The notes below the pieces were generated by a model. The model had not been told where the DNA came from and did no database searches. It worked only from the letters and a program-made list of their open reading frames with translations. From positions 9,715 through 39,517 of the forward strand of contig CAXTKV010000018.1 in assembly GCA_964244895.1 (NCBI GenBank): a stretch of 29,803 nucleotides of DNA, written 5' to 3'. The translations under genes and the position numbers were made by a program. This DNA comes from an uncultured Deinococcales bacterium. Its GTDB lineage: Bacteria > Deinococcota > Deinococci > Deinococcales > JAAFIG01. Of the stretch, positions 19,391-27,623 are shown piece after piece. Numbering within the stretch: the first letter of the stretch is position 1; every line of letters starts with the position of its first letter.

Positions 19391-19565
19391 TTCGCCGACA
19401 TGAACGCCGAGAATACCGTCCGACGCAACATTCCTTGTGCGTTGGGAACGACCGACCAGCGTTTCTCGAGTGACAGCGAAAGAATCGTCGTGCCTCCCAG
19501 AAAGACGACAGACCGGCGCTCGAGTCTCGCACCGCCGCTCGAGCGAAGCGTTTTATGCTGTACGC

Positions 19566-20057
19566 GTGAAGCTCGAGTACGCCCGCGTTCAACCCGAAGA
19601 ACTGAGCGCGTTTTCCGACGTGATCCAGGGTGTGTCGCGCTGGTTTCTGGAGCGCGGTCAACCGATGTGGCCGCTCGAGATGCTCACGCCCGAAGCCCTC
19701 CGGTTGGCGTACCCGGACGGCGAATTCTGGCTCGGAAGTATTCTGGGCGAAGCCGTCGCGACCTTCGTGCTGCTCGAGCACGACCCGTCGTTCTGGCCGG
19801 ACATCGCGCCGGACGAATCGGTCTTCATCCACAAGATCGCCGTGAATCGGCGTTTCAAGGGACACGCCCTGGGCGTGCAAGTCCTGGATTTTGCCAGGGA
19901 TCAGGCGCGATCGCGCGGCAAGCAGTTCCTGAGGTTGGATACGGACGTGCGCCGCGTCCCGGTGCGCGCCCTCTACGAAGGCTACGGTTTTAGCTGGGCT
20001 GGCGAGTGCCGCGTTTACGATTTCGATTGCGTGCTGTACGAACTTCTGGTGCGCTGA
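19566..20057 (+). CDS. GNAT family N-acetyltransferase
   Basis: FIHKIAVNRRFKGHALG (motif A), LRLDT, LYEGYGF; TATGCT 6 nt before the GTG. Confidence 0.85.
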   Translation: MKLEYARVQPEELSAFSDVIQGVSRWFLERGQPMWPLEMLTPEALRLAYPDGEFWLGSILGEAVATFVLLEHDPSFWPDIAPDESVFIHKIAVNRRFKGHALGVQVLDFARDQARSRGKQFLRLDTDVRRVPVRALYEGYGFSWAGECRVYDFDCVLYELLVR

Positions 20058-20092
20058 ATTTCACGCGTCTCGATGGGCAGGCCTGAGGTCGC

Positions 20093-20746
20093 CTACTCTC
20101 GTCGCTTGCCGTACCGAGACTCGAGTTCAGCCGCGATATCGGCCAGGTTGACGCCGACCTCGGCCATCGTGATCATCGTGTGGAACAGCAAATCGGCCAC
20201 CTCGAGCTGCAATTCCGGTCTGGAACCGTTCTTGGCAGCGATGATCACCTCGCCCGCTTCCTCGCCGATCTTCTTCAGAATCCGATCCAGGCCAGAGTGG
20301 TGCAATTTCGCCACGTAAGAACCCTCGGGCTGATTTTGAATCCGATCCAGGATCGTGGCGTAGACGCTGCCCAGCACGTCCCCGATATTCGAGCCGCCAT
20401 CTTCGCCCTCGAGCGTGTTGTGAAAGCAGGTCATCGCGCCCGTGTGGCAGGCTGGCCCGGTCTGCTCGACCGCGTACAGTACGGCGTCACCGTCGCAATC
20501 CAGGGTGATGGACTGAACGCGCTGGCTGTGACCGCTCTCCTCGCCTTTCTGCCAGAGCTTGTTTCTCGAGCGCGACCAGTACGTCGCCAGTTTCGTGTCC
20601 AGGGTTTTCTGGATGGCCTCGCGGTTGGCGTAGGCCAGCATCAGCACGCGCCCGGAACCGATTTCCTGCGCGATCACCGGCACCAGCCCGTGCGCGTCGA
20701 AGGTGATGGAATCCAGCGTGAACGGTGCGGTGATGTCGGCAGGCAT
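20093..20746 (-). CDS. hisIE: Bifunctional phosphoribosyl-AMP cyclohydrolase / phosphoribosyl-ATP pyrophosphatase
   Basis: [36 protein letters not shown] and EVADLLFH motifs; TGATG overlap with the hisF stop. Confidence 0.95.
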   Translation of the reverse strand: MPADITAPFTLDSITFDAHGLVPVIAQEIGSGRVLMLAYANREAIQKTLDTKLATYWSRSRNKLWQKGEESGHSQRVQSITLDCDGDAVLYAVEQTGPACHTGAMTCFHNTLEGEDGGSNIGDVLGSVYATILDRIQNQPEGSYVAKLHHSGLDRILKKIGEEAGEVIIAAKNGSRPELQLEVADLLFHTMITMAEVGVNLADIAAELESRYGKRRE

Positions 20747-21558
20747 CAGCGCGCCCCCTCGAGACTCGCCGATTCGAGTTGCGCTGGCTCGAGTTCCAGC
20801 AGCCGCACGGGCACGCCGTGTGCATGAAGGTATTCCTTGACTTGCTGGACGCTGAACGTGCCGAAGTGAAAGACGCTCGCGGCCAGCGCCGCGTCCGCCC
20901 GACCCACGGTCAGAACCTCCAGGAAATCCTTCAGGCTGCCCGCGCCGCCGGAGGCGATCACGGGGATGTCCACTTCCGCTTTCACCGCCGCGCAGAGTTC
21001 CAGGTCGTAGCCGGCTTTCGTGCCATCGCCGTCGATGCTGTTCAGCACCAGTTCGCCCGCGCCGAGTTCCTGAGCCCGCACCGCCCATTCAATCGCGTCT
21101 AGTCCGGTCGGTTTGCGTCCACCGTTGATGTACGTCTCCCAACCGTTTCCGTTCGCGCGGCGTTTGACCTGCATGGACAGCACCACGCACTGCGCGCCGA
21201 AGTGATCGGATGCCTGACGGATCAGGTCGGGGTTGGCGACCGCGCCGGAATCCATGCTGATCTTGTCCGCGCCCGCCAGGTGCAAGCGCCTGCAATCCGC
21301 CAGCGTCCTGACGCCGCCGCCGATGGTCAAGGGCATGAAGACCTGCTCCGCGACCGCGTTGGCCCAGGCCATGTCGATCTCTCGCCCGTCGGAACTGGCC
21401 GTGATGTCGTAGAACACGAGTTCGTCCGCGCCCTCCAGGTCGTACTTGCGGGCGTAAAACAGTGGATCGCCGATCTCGCGCACGTTTTCGTACTGCACGC
21501 CGCGCGTGACGCGGCCCTTGTCCACGTCCAGGCACGGAATGATGCGTTTGGTAATCAC
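20746..21558 (-). CDS. hisF: Imidazole glycerol phosphate synthase subunit HisF
   Basis: [39 protein letters not shown] and ASGGAG motifs. Confidence 0.96.
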   Translation of the reverse strand: MITKRIIPCLDVDKGRVTRGVQYENVREIGDPLFYARKYDLEGADELVFYDITASSDGREIDMAWANAVAEQVFMPLTIGGGVRTLADCRRLHLAGADKISMDSGAVANPDLIRQASDHFGAQCVVLSMQVKRRANGNGWETYINGGRKPTGLDAIEWAVRAQELGAGELVLNSIDGDGTKAGYDLELCAAVKAEVDIPVIASGGAGSLKDFLEVLTVGRADAALAASVFHFGTFSVQQVKEYLHAHGVPVRLLELEPAQLESASLEGAR

Positions 21559-21603
21559 CCGGACATTGTACGGTCGTCGCGGCTCAGCGGTCAGAAATCA
21601 CGG

Positions 21604-21649
21604 GAACACCGTCCAGCACGAGTTTCAAAAATCGTGTACGAGACGGTGT
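21604..21649. repeat. REP-like element copy between divergent genes
   Basis: GAACACCGTCCAGCACG...TGTACGAGACGGTGT. Confidence 0.75.
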
Positions 21650-21696
21650 GCTCATCGGAACTCCCGTTTGCCAACCGGATCGGGTTAACCTTGCGC

Positions 21697-22245
21697 ATGC
21701 GGACGCGATGGCTGTTCAGTCTGATCGCGCTGGCGGGGGTGGCGATGTCAAATTCGAGTGAGCAGAGCCTGTTCGAGTTCAAACCCGGTGAACCCGAGTG
21801 GGCCGTGATCAACGATGGCGTGATGGGCGGCGTGTCCACCAGCGCGGTGCGCGTCGCGAACGGCGTCCTGGTGTTCTCCGGGCGCGTGCGCCTCGAGAAC
21901 AACGGCGGTTTCGCCTCCAACCGCTCGAGCGCTGGACGGTACGACCTGACGGGCTTCGATGGGATCGCGTTGCGCGCGCGCGGCGACGGCAAAAAGTACG
22001 GGTTGAACATCTCGACCGCCAGCGCGGGGCGCGTGCTGTACCGCGCCACATTTCAGACCAGCGAAAACGAGTGGACGGACATCAGGATTCCCTTCTCGAG
22101 CCTGGTTCCGACGCGCTTCGGCGACACGCTTTCCGGCCCAGCTTTCGACGCGAAAACCGTACAGAGTTTCGGTTTCATCATCGCCAACAAACGCGCCGAA
22201 GAATTCCGGCTCGAGGTGGACTGGATCAGGGCTTTCAGGAACTGA
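21697..22245 (+). CDS. CIA30 family protein with an N-terminal signal-like segment
   Basis: W..INDGVMGG.S, LENNGGFAS, RGDGKKY, IPFSS and F.LEVDWI motifs. Confidence 0.85.
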   Translation: MRTRWLFSLIALAGVAMSNSSEQSLFEFKPGEPEWAVINDGVMGGVSTSAVRVANGVLVFSGRVRLENNGGFASNRSSAGRYDLTGFDGIALRARGDGKKYGLNISTASAGRVLYRATFQTSENEWTDIRIPFSSLVPTRFGDTLSGPAFDAKTVQSFGFIIANKRAEEFRLEVDWIRAFRN

Positions 22246-22507
22246 GCGCTCGGCTTGGTTCGACCGGTTCCGGGCGTTCCAGGTCAGGCTTGCGAACCGC
22301 CAGTCACGGCTCGTTCGCCATGCCTTGATCGCGGCGCGACACTGGTCGTCGGGCGACACTGCGATGAACGCGCCGAGCGTTACCGAGGCGATTGTGCGCG
22401 TCCTCGAGCCACGACCGTATCGCACCAGACGAACTTCTGATCAATACGGGAATAGATTTCACTTCGGTCTGCACGATCTTTCGTCACGTTCTTTTCAGGA
22501 GGTACGC

Positions 22508-23074
22508 ATGAAACGTTTTCTTCCCATCGCCGCGTTATTCATCATCGCTGGCGCGCTGACATTTTCCAGCGCGCAAACCAGCGCCTTCAGCCTGAAATCC
22601 GCCGATATCGCACCCGGAGCCACGCTCAAGCTCGAGCAGGTTTTTAACAGCTTCGGTTGCACGGGCGGCAACGTTTCCCCCGCGCTCGAGTGGACGGGCG
22701 CACCCGCAGGCACGAAGAGCTTCGCGGTGATCCTGCACGACCCGGACGCGCCCACGGGCGTCGGCGGCTTCACGCACTGGATCGTGTACAACATTCCCGC
22801 GACCGCGACCGGCTTGCCCAAGGGCGCTGGAGCGGCGGACGGCAAGCTGCTGCCCGCCGGTGCGGTTCAGGCCACGACATCCTTCGGCGCGTCCGGTTAC
22901 GGCGGCCCGTGCCCGCCCGCCGGGGACAAGCCCCACCAGTACGTCTTCACGGTCTACGCGCTGGGTGTAGACAAGCTTCAACTGGACGCCAACGCGACCC
23001 AGGCGTTCGTTGGGTTCAACATCAACGGCAACGCGTTGGGCAAGGCCACGTTCACCGGTTTCTACGGTCGCTAA
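22508..23074 (+). CDS. YbhB/YbcL family (PEBP-like) secreted protein
   Basis: GCTGGNVSP.L.W, DPDAP, HW, YGGPCPP.GD.PH.Y.FTVYAL motifs; AGGAGGT SD; signal peptide. Confidence 0.92.
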   Translation: MKRFLPIAALFIIAGALTFSSAQTSAFSLKSADIAPGATLKLEQVFNSFGCTGGNVSPALEWTGAPAGTKSFAVILHDPDAPTGVGGFTHWIVYNIPATATGLPKGAGAADGKLLPAGAVQATTSFGASGYGGPCPPAGDKPHQYVFTVYALGVDKLQLDANATQAFVGFNINGNALGKATFTGFYGR

Positions 23075-23090
23075 ACTCGAGTAGGGTTCA

Positions 23091-23138
23091 GAACACCGTC
23101 CAGCGCGCATATTTGAAAACCCGTGCTGGACGGTGTGC
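23091..23138. repeat. REP-like element copy
   Basis: GAACACCGTCCAGCGCG...CGTGCTGGACGGTGT. Confidence 0.8.
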
Positions 23139-23291
23139 TCGTTTCGTTCGCTCGAGAGCGCGGTGCCCAATTTTTCGTACAGCTCGAGTGCGTCCGAAAT
23201 ATCCGTGACCCCGGTGCCGCTCGGGATGCGTCCAGCCCAGAGGAATGCTCGAGAAAAGCAGCTCGATTCTCGAGTATCCGCATATCCGAGC

Positions 23292-23335
23292 ACACCGTCC
23301 CAGACGCATTCCTCAATTCGCGTGCCAGACGGTGC
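23292..23335. repeat. REP-like element copy (degenerate)
   Basis: ACACCGTCCCAGACGC...GCGTGCCAGACGGTGC. Confidence 0.65.
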
Positions 23336-23573
23336 TCTTACTCGAGCCTCAGCGAACCCTGCACCTCGATGCGGCAGGTCTGCGGGTGGAAAATCTCAGG
23401 GTTCGACCATAGAAAGCCTGTACGCGCCGTCGCGCACCAGCTTGCCCACGTCTCGCGCCCAGGTCGCGGGGTCGCATGGCGTAAAGCAACCGCGCCTAAG
23501 AATCAAAGCAGGTAAACTCAGAACCATCGATGAATTCATCACCTCGTTCGAAAGCCTTCGCGTTCGTATTTGA

Positions 23574-26573
23574 ATGGTGGTCATGAAGCTCAGACGCGCC
23601 CGCTCGAGATCGACGGATTTTGCGGCAACCAGCGTTCCCAGGTTGTTGCGCTACCATCTCGAGCGTCCCCACCTGATCAACCGCATGGCCCTCAGCGAAG
23701 CGAGATTGGTCGCGTTGATCGCCCCGTCGGGCTACGGTAAAACCGCGCTGCTGGCAGAATTCGCTCGAGCCACCTTTCGTCGGGTGCTGTGGTTCAAGCT
23801 CGTACCGGAGCTGCGCGACCCCACGCGTTTGAGTCAGGCGGTACGATCGGAACTCGAGCATTTCGATTTGGGTTTTTCCTTTCCAGAACTTCAAGGATCA
23901 ACCGACCAGCCCGTCGCCGCGACCGATCTGGCCCGGCAACTTGACCAGGCCGAGGAAAACCTGAACTTCGTGTTCGACGGTCTTGATGACCTCGATTCGG
24001 CGGCTGTGGATTGGCTTCAAACCTTCGCCCTGGCGCTGGCGGAAGGCCATCGCGCGTTCGTGGCGGGTTACCAGGCCAACGGTTTGGCTCTGCCCCGGCT
24101 CAGCAGCGATGGACTCGCCGAGGTCATGGGGGCGAACGACCTGGCCTTTGCACCCGGTGAGATCGACGAGTACATGAAACAACGTGGACTCGAAGCCACG
24201 GATGCACAACAGGCGCTTGAAGGCTGGCCCGTCGCGGTCTCGCTGGCCGCTGCGACCACCGAATTCGAGCCGGGCGAACTGGTTTTTGAGGGACTCGGAC
24301 GCTTACCGCAAGCCGTTCGCTCGAGCCTTGCGGAGGCAACGGTACTCGAGATTTGGAACGAAGACACCGTGCGTCAATCCGGCGCGATCTTGCCATCCGG
24401 GTGGTTGCGCGAAGTCAAACGGGCTGGATTGCCAATAAGCCCGATTGGGCAAAGTGCGTTCAAACCGCATCGTTTGCTGCTGGAAACGCTCGAACTGGAA
24501 TTGCATTCGAACCCAGCGCGTTACGCTGAAATGCATACGGTCGCAGCCCGCCAAGCTGAAAAAGCGGGCGATGCAATCCAGGCATTGCAGCATTTTCAGA
24601 AAGCCGGTCTCGAGGAATCAGCTTTTCGGTTGCTCGAAACGACGGTGCATCAACTTGAGCTTCGTGGCGAATACAGAATGATCAGAAAAACCCTCGAATT
24701 GTTCGCCATAAAATCGCTATCTCCAGATTTGCGGGCCATGTTTGCGCGCGTACTGATCGAAACTGGAGATTCCGCTCGCGGCGAAGTGTTGTTGCTCGAA
24801 CTGCAAGCTCGGGGCGAGGCCAAAATGCAGGTTTTAAGTGGTCGAACCGAACTCGCGCTCTACCGACAGCGGCACGAGGAAGCGATGCGGCTCTCCGACG
24901 AGGGTATTGACTCTGCGCCGGACGAGGTTTGGCGGGTCAGGTTCAAGCGTTTTCAAGTGCGTTCACTGATTGAAAATGGTCAGGCGGATCAGGCTTTAAG
25001 CAGTGCGCTCGAATTGATTGCATGGGCTGAACGCGAAAACCGCCCCTACGATTTAAGTGGTGTTTTGATCAACGCCCAAGTCGCACTGATGCTCCTTGGA
25101 CGATTACAAGAAAGTGAACGGATGGCTTTTCGGGTGCTGCGTTTATCCGAAGCGATTGAAAAGTTCACCCTAACCGCGATGATATTGAACAACCTGGCGG
25201 ATCTTTACCGTCGTCAGGATCGTATGGTTGAAGCGGTCGACATGATTGATCGCGCCATTGTTTTGGCTGAAACCAAACAGATCCCGGCGCTCCCGTTTTT
25301 GCACGATACCCGTGCCGAACTGAGCTTTAAGCAATCGCGTTTCGAGGACGCCTTGGAGGATTTCCAGACGGCCTTACGCCACTGCGGTGGAAGATCCTTC
25401 GACGCACTGGCGCACAGCATCCGACTGCGATGCGCCGATGCCGCACGTCGCGTTGGGCGCACGGATTTGGTCAAGCATTCGCTGGCCCGCGTCCGGGAGG
25501 ATGCACCCGAACCGGGCTCGAGGTTGTACGGCATGTTTCAGTTTCAAGAAGGTCTGGGTGCCTTCGTCAGCGGTGATCTCGGAAGCGCCCGTCAGCATTT
25601 GGAACGGGTGCTGCCACCGGGTGCTGATGCCGAAGATCATCAGCGAGCGCTGGCATTCCTGGCCGAAATCGCACGCCTCAAGGGTTGTCTCAAACCATCC
25701 CAGATCGAAGCGTTGTTGCGCTCGCTCGAGTTGTACGGCAACGACAGCCTCTTGCGACTCGACGCCACCTACCTGGGTGGCTTGTACGCCGAGTGCGTGC
25801 GGCGGGGCTGGTGGCCGGAACGGTTTTCTCCGCACGCTGGTGAACTCCAAATCGCGACCAGCAGCGCCGAAGCTGGTCTCGAGCTTCGCTTGCAAAGTCT
25901 CGGAGCAGTTCAGGCCGTTATCAACGGCTCGAGCGCCCACATTCCGCTGGCCAAAGCCGCCGAATTGCTGGTCTTTCTGGCGCTTCACGGGCCTTGCACC
26001 CGCGACAGACTGATGGATGCGCTCTGGGATGGCTCCAACGAACAGCGCCACCTCGAGTACTTCAAGATTGCGGTGCGCCGCTTGCGGGCATCGTTCAGCG
26101 AGCACCCGAACCTGGATTTCAACCCGTTGGTGTTTGAGAAGGGTCTGTACAGCATCAACGAACGCTTCCGTGTGATCTTGGATGTCACCGCCATCGGCCA
26201 AGCGTTGATTGATGGTGACGAAGCCACGCTCGAGAGCGCCATTCTCGCGTGGAAAGGCGATTTTCTGCCTGGCGCTGAAACCGAATGGGTCTCAAATGCT
26301 CGCTTGCTTTTCCAAGATGAAGCGCTCGAGGCTGCGCTCGGCCTCGCCAAACGCCTGATCACCAACGAACCCCGTCGAGCACTGGAGTTGCACCGTGCCG
26401 CCGTGCGAATCAACGCCCTTCACGAGGGCGCACACGTGGCCTTGATTCAAGCGCTTCGCACCCTCGGGGATGGTACGGGCGCTCAGATCGCGTACCGCGC
26501 GTACACCCGAATGCTCGAGGTTGAGTTCTCTCAGAAACCGGATGCGGCCTTGCGGCATTCTTTCGGAGAATAA
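23574..26573 (+). CDS. Large transcriptional regulator: MalT-like P-loop, TPR array, C-terminal winged helix and BTAD (SARP-like)
   Basis: RPHL, APSGYGKT (Walker A), FVFDGLD, EGWPVA; TPR-like LNNLADLY and LHDTRAEL; ELLVFLALHGP.TRD.L.DALW; WKGDFLPG...EW; HEGAH..LI..L..LGD...A...Y. Start may be 23574 or 23583. Confidence 0.85.
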   Translation: MVVMKLRRARSRSTDFAATSVPRLLRYHLERPHLINRMALSEARLVALIAPSGYGKTALLAEFARATFRRVLWFKLVPELRDPTRLSQAVRSELEHFDLGFSFPELQGSTDQPVAATDLARQLDQAEENLNFVFDGLDDLDSAAVDWLQTFALALAEGHRAFVAGYQANGLALPRLSSDGLAEVMGANDLAFAPGEIDEYMKQRGLEATDAQQALEGWPVAVSLAAATTEFEPGELVFEGLGRLPQAVRSSLAEATVLEIWNEDTVRQSGAILPSGWLREVKRAGLPISPIGQSAFKPHRLLLETLELELHSNPARYAEMHTVAARQAEKAGDAIQALQHFQKAGLEESAFRLLETTVHQLELRGEYRMIRKTLELFAIKSLSPDLRAMFARVLIETGDSARGEVLLLELQARGEAKMQVLSGRTELALYRQRHEEAMRLSDEGIDSAPDEVWRVRFKRFQVRSLIENGQADQALSSALELIAWAERENRPYDLSGVLINAQVALMLLGRLQESERMAFRVLRLSEAIEKFTLTAMILNNLADLYRRQDRMVEAVDMIDRAIVLAETKQIPALPFLHDTRAELSFKQSRFEDALEDFQTALRHCGGRSFDALAHSIRLRCADAARRVGRTDLVKHSLARVREDAPEPGSRLYGMFQFQEGLGAFVSGDLGSARQHLERVLPPGADAEDHQRALAFLAEIARLKGCLKPSQIEALLRSLELYGNDSLLRLDATYLGGLYAECVRRGWWPERFSPHAGELQIATSSAEAGLELRLQSLGAVQAVINGSSAHIPLAKAAELLVFLALHGPCTRDRLMDALWDGSNEQRHLEYFKIAVRRLRASFSEHPNLDFNPLVFEKGLYSINERFRVILDVTAIGQALIDGDEATLESAILAWKGDFLPGAETEWVSNARLLFQDEALEAALGLAKRLITNEPRRALELHRAAVRINALHEGAHVALIQALRTLGDGTGAQIAYRAYTRMLEVEFSQKPDAALRHSFGE

Positions 26574-26624
26574 AGCGGTTTTAGTCGTCCTGAACGCTCT
26601 TTTTAACTTGGGCGCACATTAACT

Positions 26625-26708
26625 TACCCCGTTCTGGTTCCCTGATGGCTTGATCCCCAGGGAACCAGAACGGGGTATTCCCCGGTTGTTCCCCAGCCGG
26701 GGAATACC
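26625..26708 (+). promoter_or_regulatory. Two overlapping inverted repeats in the leader of the peptide array
   Basis: Perfect 20-bp stem 26625-26644/26658-26677 and 12-bp stem 26674-26685/26697-26708. Confidence 0.6.
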
Positions 26709-26787
26709 TTGTGTTTCAGAACCAGTACCGAACGGACACGCCGCAGAACCTCGAGCACCTTCGAGGCACGACATGAAGGAGGTGATC

Positions 26788-26829
26788 ATGAAGAAGATTC
26801 GTAAAGGTCGGAGTGCTTGGGCGGGCTAA
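26788..26829 (+). CDS. 13-aa peptide 1: MKKIRKGRSAWAG
   Basis: AAGGAGGTGA SD, ATG...TAA; one of 7 paralogues. Confidence 0.85.
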   Translation: MKKIRKGRSAWAG

Positions 26830-26861
26830 ACTCCTCTAAACAGCATAGAGAAGAGGGAATC

Positions 26862-26903
26862 ATGAAGAAAATCCGCAAAGGCCGGAGTGTTTGGTTAGGG
26901 TAA
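26862..26903 (+). CDS. 13-aa peptide 2: MKKIRKGRSVWLG
   Basis: AAGAGGG SD-like site, ATG...TAA; paralogue. Confidence 0.82.
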   Translation: MKKIRKGRSVWLG

Positions 26904-26916
26904 ATGAATTTTCGCG

Positions 26917-26962
26917 TAGTTTATCTCAACTGGTTTATTTATGAATCAGTTGAGATAAACTA
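26917..26962 (+). promoter_or_regulatory. 16-bp perfect inverted repeat inside the peptide array
   Basis: TAGTTTATCTCAACTG...CAGTTGAGATAAACTA, extendable inward with G-U pairs. Confidence 0.6.
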
Positions 26963-26985
26963 ACAGATTCTAAAAAGGAGCAATC

Positions 26986-27132
26986 GTGGTAAAAATCCTG
27001 AAAGTCATCGTTGTTCTCGGGTTCGCATTTTCCGCATCAAACTTTGTATCTGCGAGTCCTGCTGGTAATCCTAAGGCCGCTGTTGTTTCAAGCAATCCTA
27101 TCTATCAAGGTGCAGGTTCAGCCCGAAGGTAG
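26986..27132 (+). CDS. 48-aa secreted propeptide MVKILKVIVVLGFAFSASNFVSA|SPAGNPKAAVVSSNPIYQGAGSARR
   Basis: AAAGGAG SD 5 nt before the GTG; basic N-region, hydrophobic core and V-S-A signal peptidase I-like site. Confidence 0.7.
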   Translation: MVKILKVIVVLGFAFSASNFVSASPAGNPKAAVVSSNPIYQGAGSARR

Positions 27133-27223
27133 AAAATCAATCTCTATGCTCGAGAAAGTTTAAAAACTGCTGCACAGGTGGATTTTTGAATTCAACCTCG
27201 TTCAAAGATGAAAGGAGGAAACG

Positions 27224-27265
27224 ATGAAGAAGGTTCGAAAAGGCCGAGCTGTTTGGGCAGGTTAA
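27224..27265 (+). CDS. 13-aa peptide 3: MKKVRKGRAVWAG
   Basis: AAAGGAGG SD, ATG...TAA; paralogue. Confidence 0.85.
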   Translation: MKKVRKGRAVWAG

Positions 27266-27297
27266 AAGACATTATTTGATGTAGAAAGAAGGTGATT

Positions 27298-27339
27298 ATG
27301 AAGAAAATCCGTAAAGGTCAAAGGGCTTGGACTTCCTAA
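27298..27339 (+). CDS. 13-aa peptide 4: MKKIRKGQRAWTS
   Basis: AGAAGGTGA SD, ATG...TAA; paralogue. Confidence 0.83.
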   Translation: MKKIRKGQRAWTS

Positions 27340-27374
27340 ACAAATCTCGAGCAACTAGAGAGAGAAGGTGAAAC

Positions 27375-27416
27375 ATGAAGAAAATCCGTAAGGGACGCTC
27401 TGCTTGGGCAACGTAA
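27375..27416 (+). CDS. 13-aa peptide 5: MKKIRKGRSAWAT
   Basis: AGAAGGTGA SD, ATG...TAA; paralogue. Confidence 0.83.
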   Translation: MKKIRKGRSAWAT

Positions 27417-27450
27417 TCCAACCCTGATGTGAAATCGAGACAAGGACATT

Positions 27451-27492
27451 TTGAAGAAGATTCAGCGCGGAAAAGCTGCTTGGTCGGGCTAA
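27451..27492 (+). CDS. 13-aa peptide 6: MKKIQRGKAAWSG (TTG start)
   Basis: AAGGA SD, TTG...TAA; the most divergent paralogue. Confidence 0.72.
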   Translation: MKKIQRGKAAWSG

Positions 27493-27525
27493 ATATATTT
27501 CAGATGTAGCAAAAAGGAGGTGATC

Positions 27526-27567
27526 ATGAAGAAAATCCGTAAAGGACGCAGAGCCTGGTCAACGTAA
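27526..27567 (+). CDS. 13-aa peptide 7: MKKIRKGRRAWST
   Basis: AAGGAGGTGA SD, ATG...TAA; paralogue. Confidence 0.85.
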   Translation: MKKIRKGRRAWST

Positions 27568-27623
27568 GTTTTCAGTCGCTTCAATCCTGAACTTCATTTC
27601 GCACCACAAATCAGATCTACATC

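Noticed and set aside
21929..21940. GCTGGACGGT half-repeat inside the CIA30 gene
   Set aside because: A short match in coding sequence with no partner arm; likely chance.
23139..23573. Small ORFs upstream of the regulator (e.g. 23396-23584 minus, 23123-23515 plus)
   Set aside because: No convincing translation signals or motifs, and they partly overlap repeats.
26773..26829. Longer 18-aa version of peptide 1 (MKEVIMKK...) from the in-frame ATG at 26773
   Set aside because: The extension is the SD sequence itself, and the other six copies start at MKK.
26788..27567. CRISPR array (period of about 75 nt)
   Set aside because: The repeated units vary at synonymous codon positions, carry SD, start and stop signals, are not palindromic, and no cas genes are nearby.
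26788..27567. Trp attenuator leader peptides
   Set aside because: Each has a single Trp, there are seven copies, no terminator/antiterminator follows each ORF, and no trp genes lie downstream.
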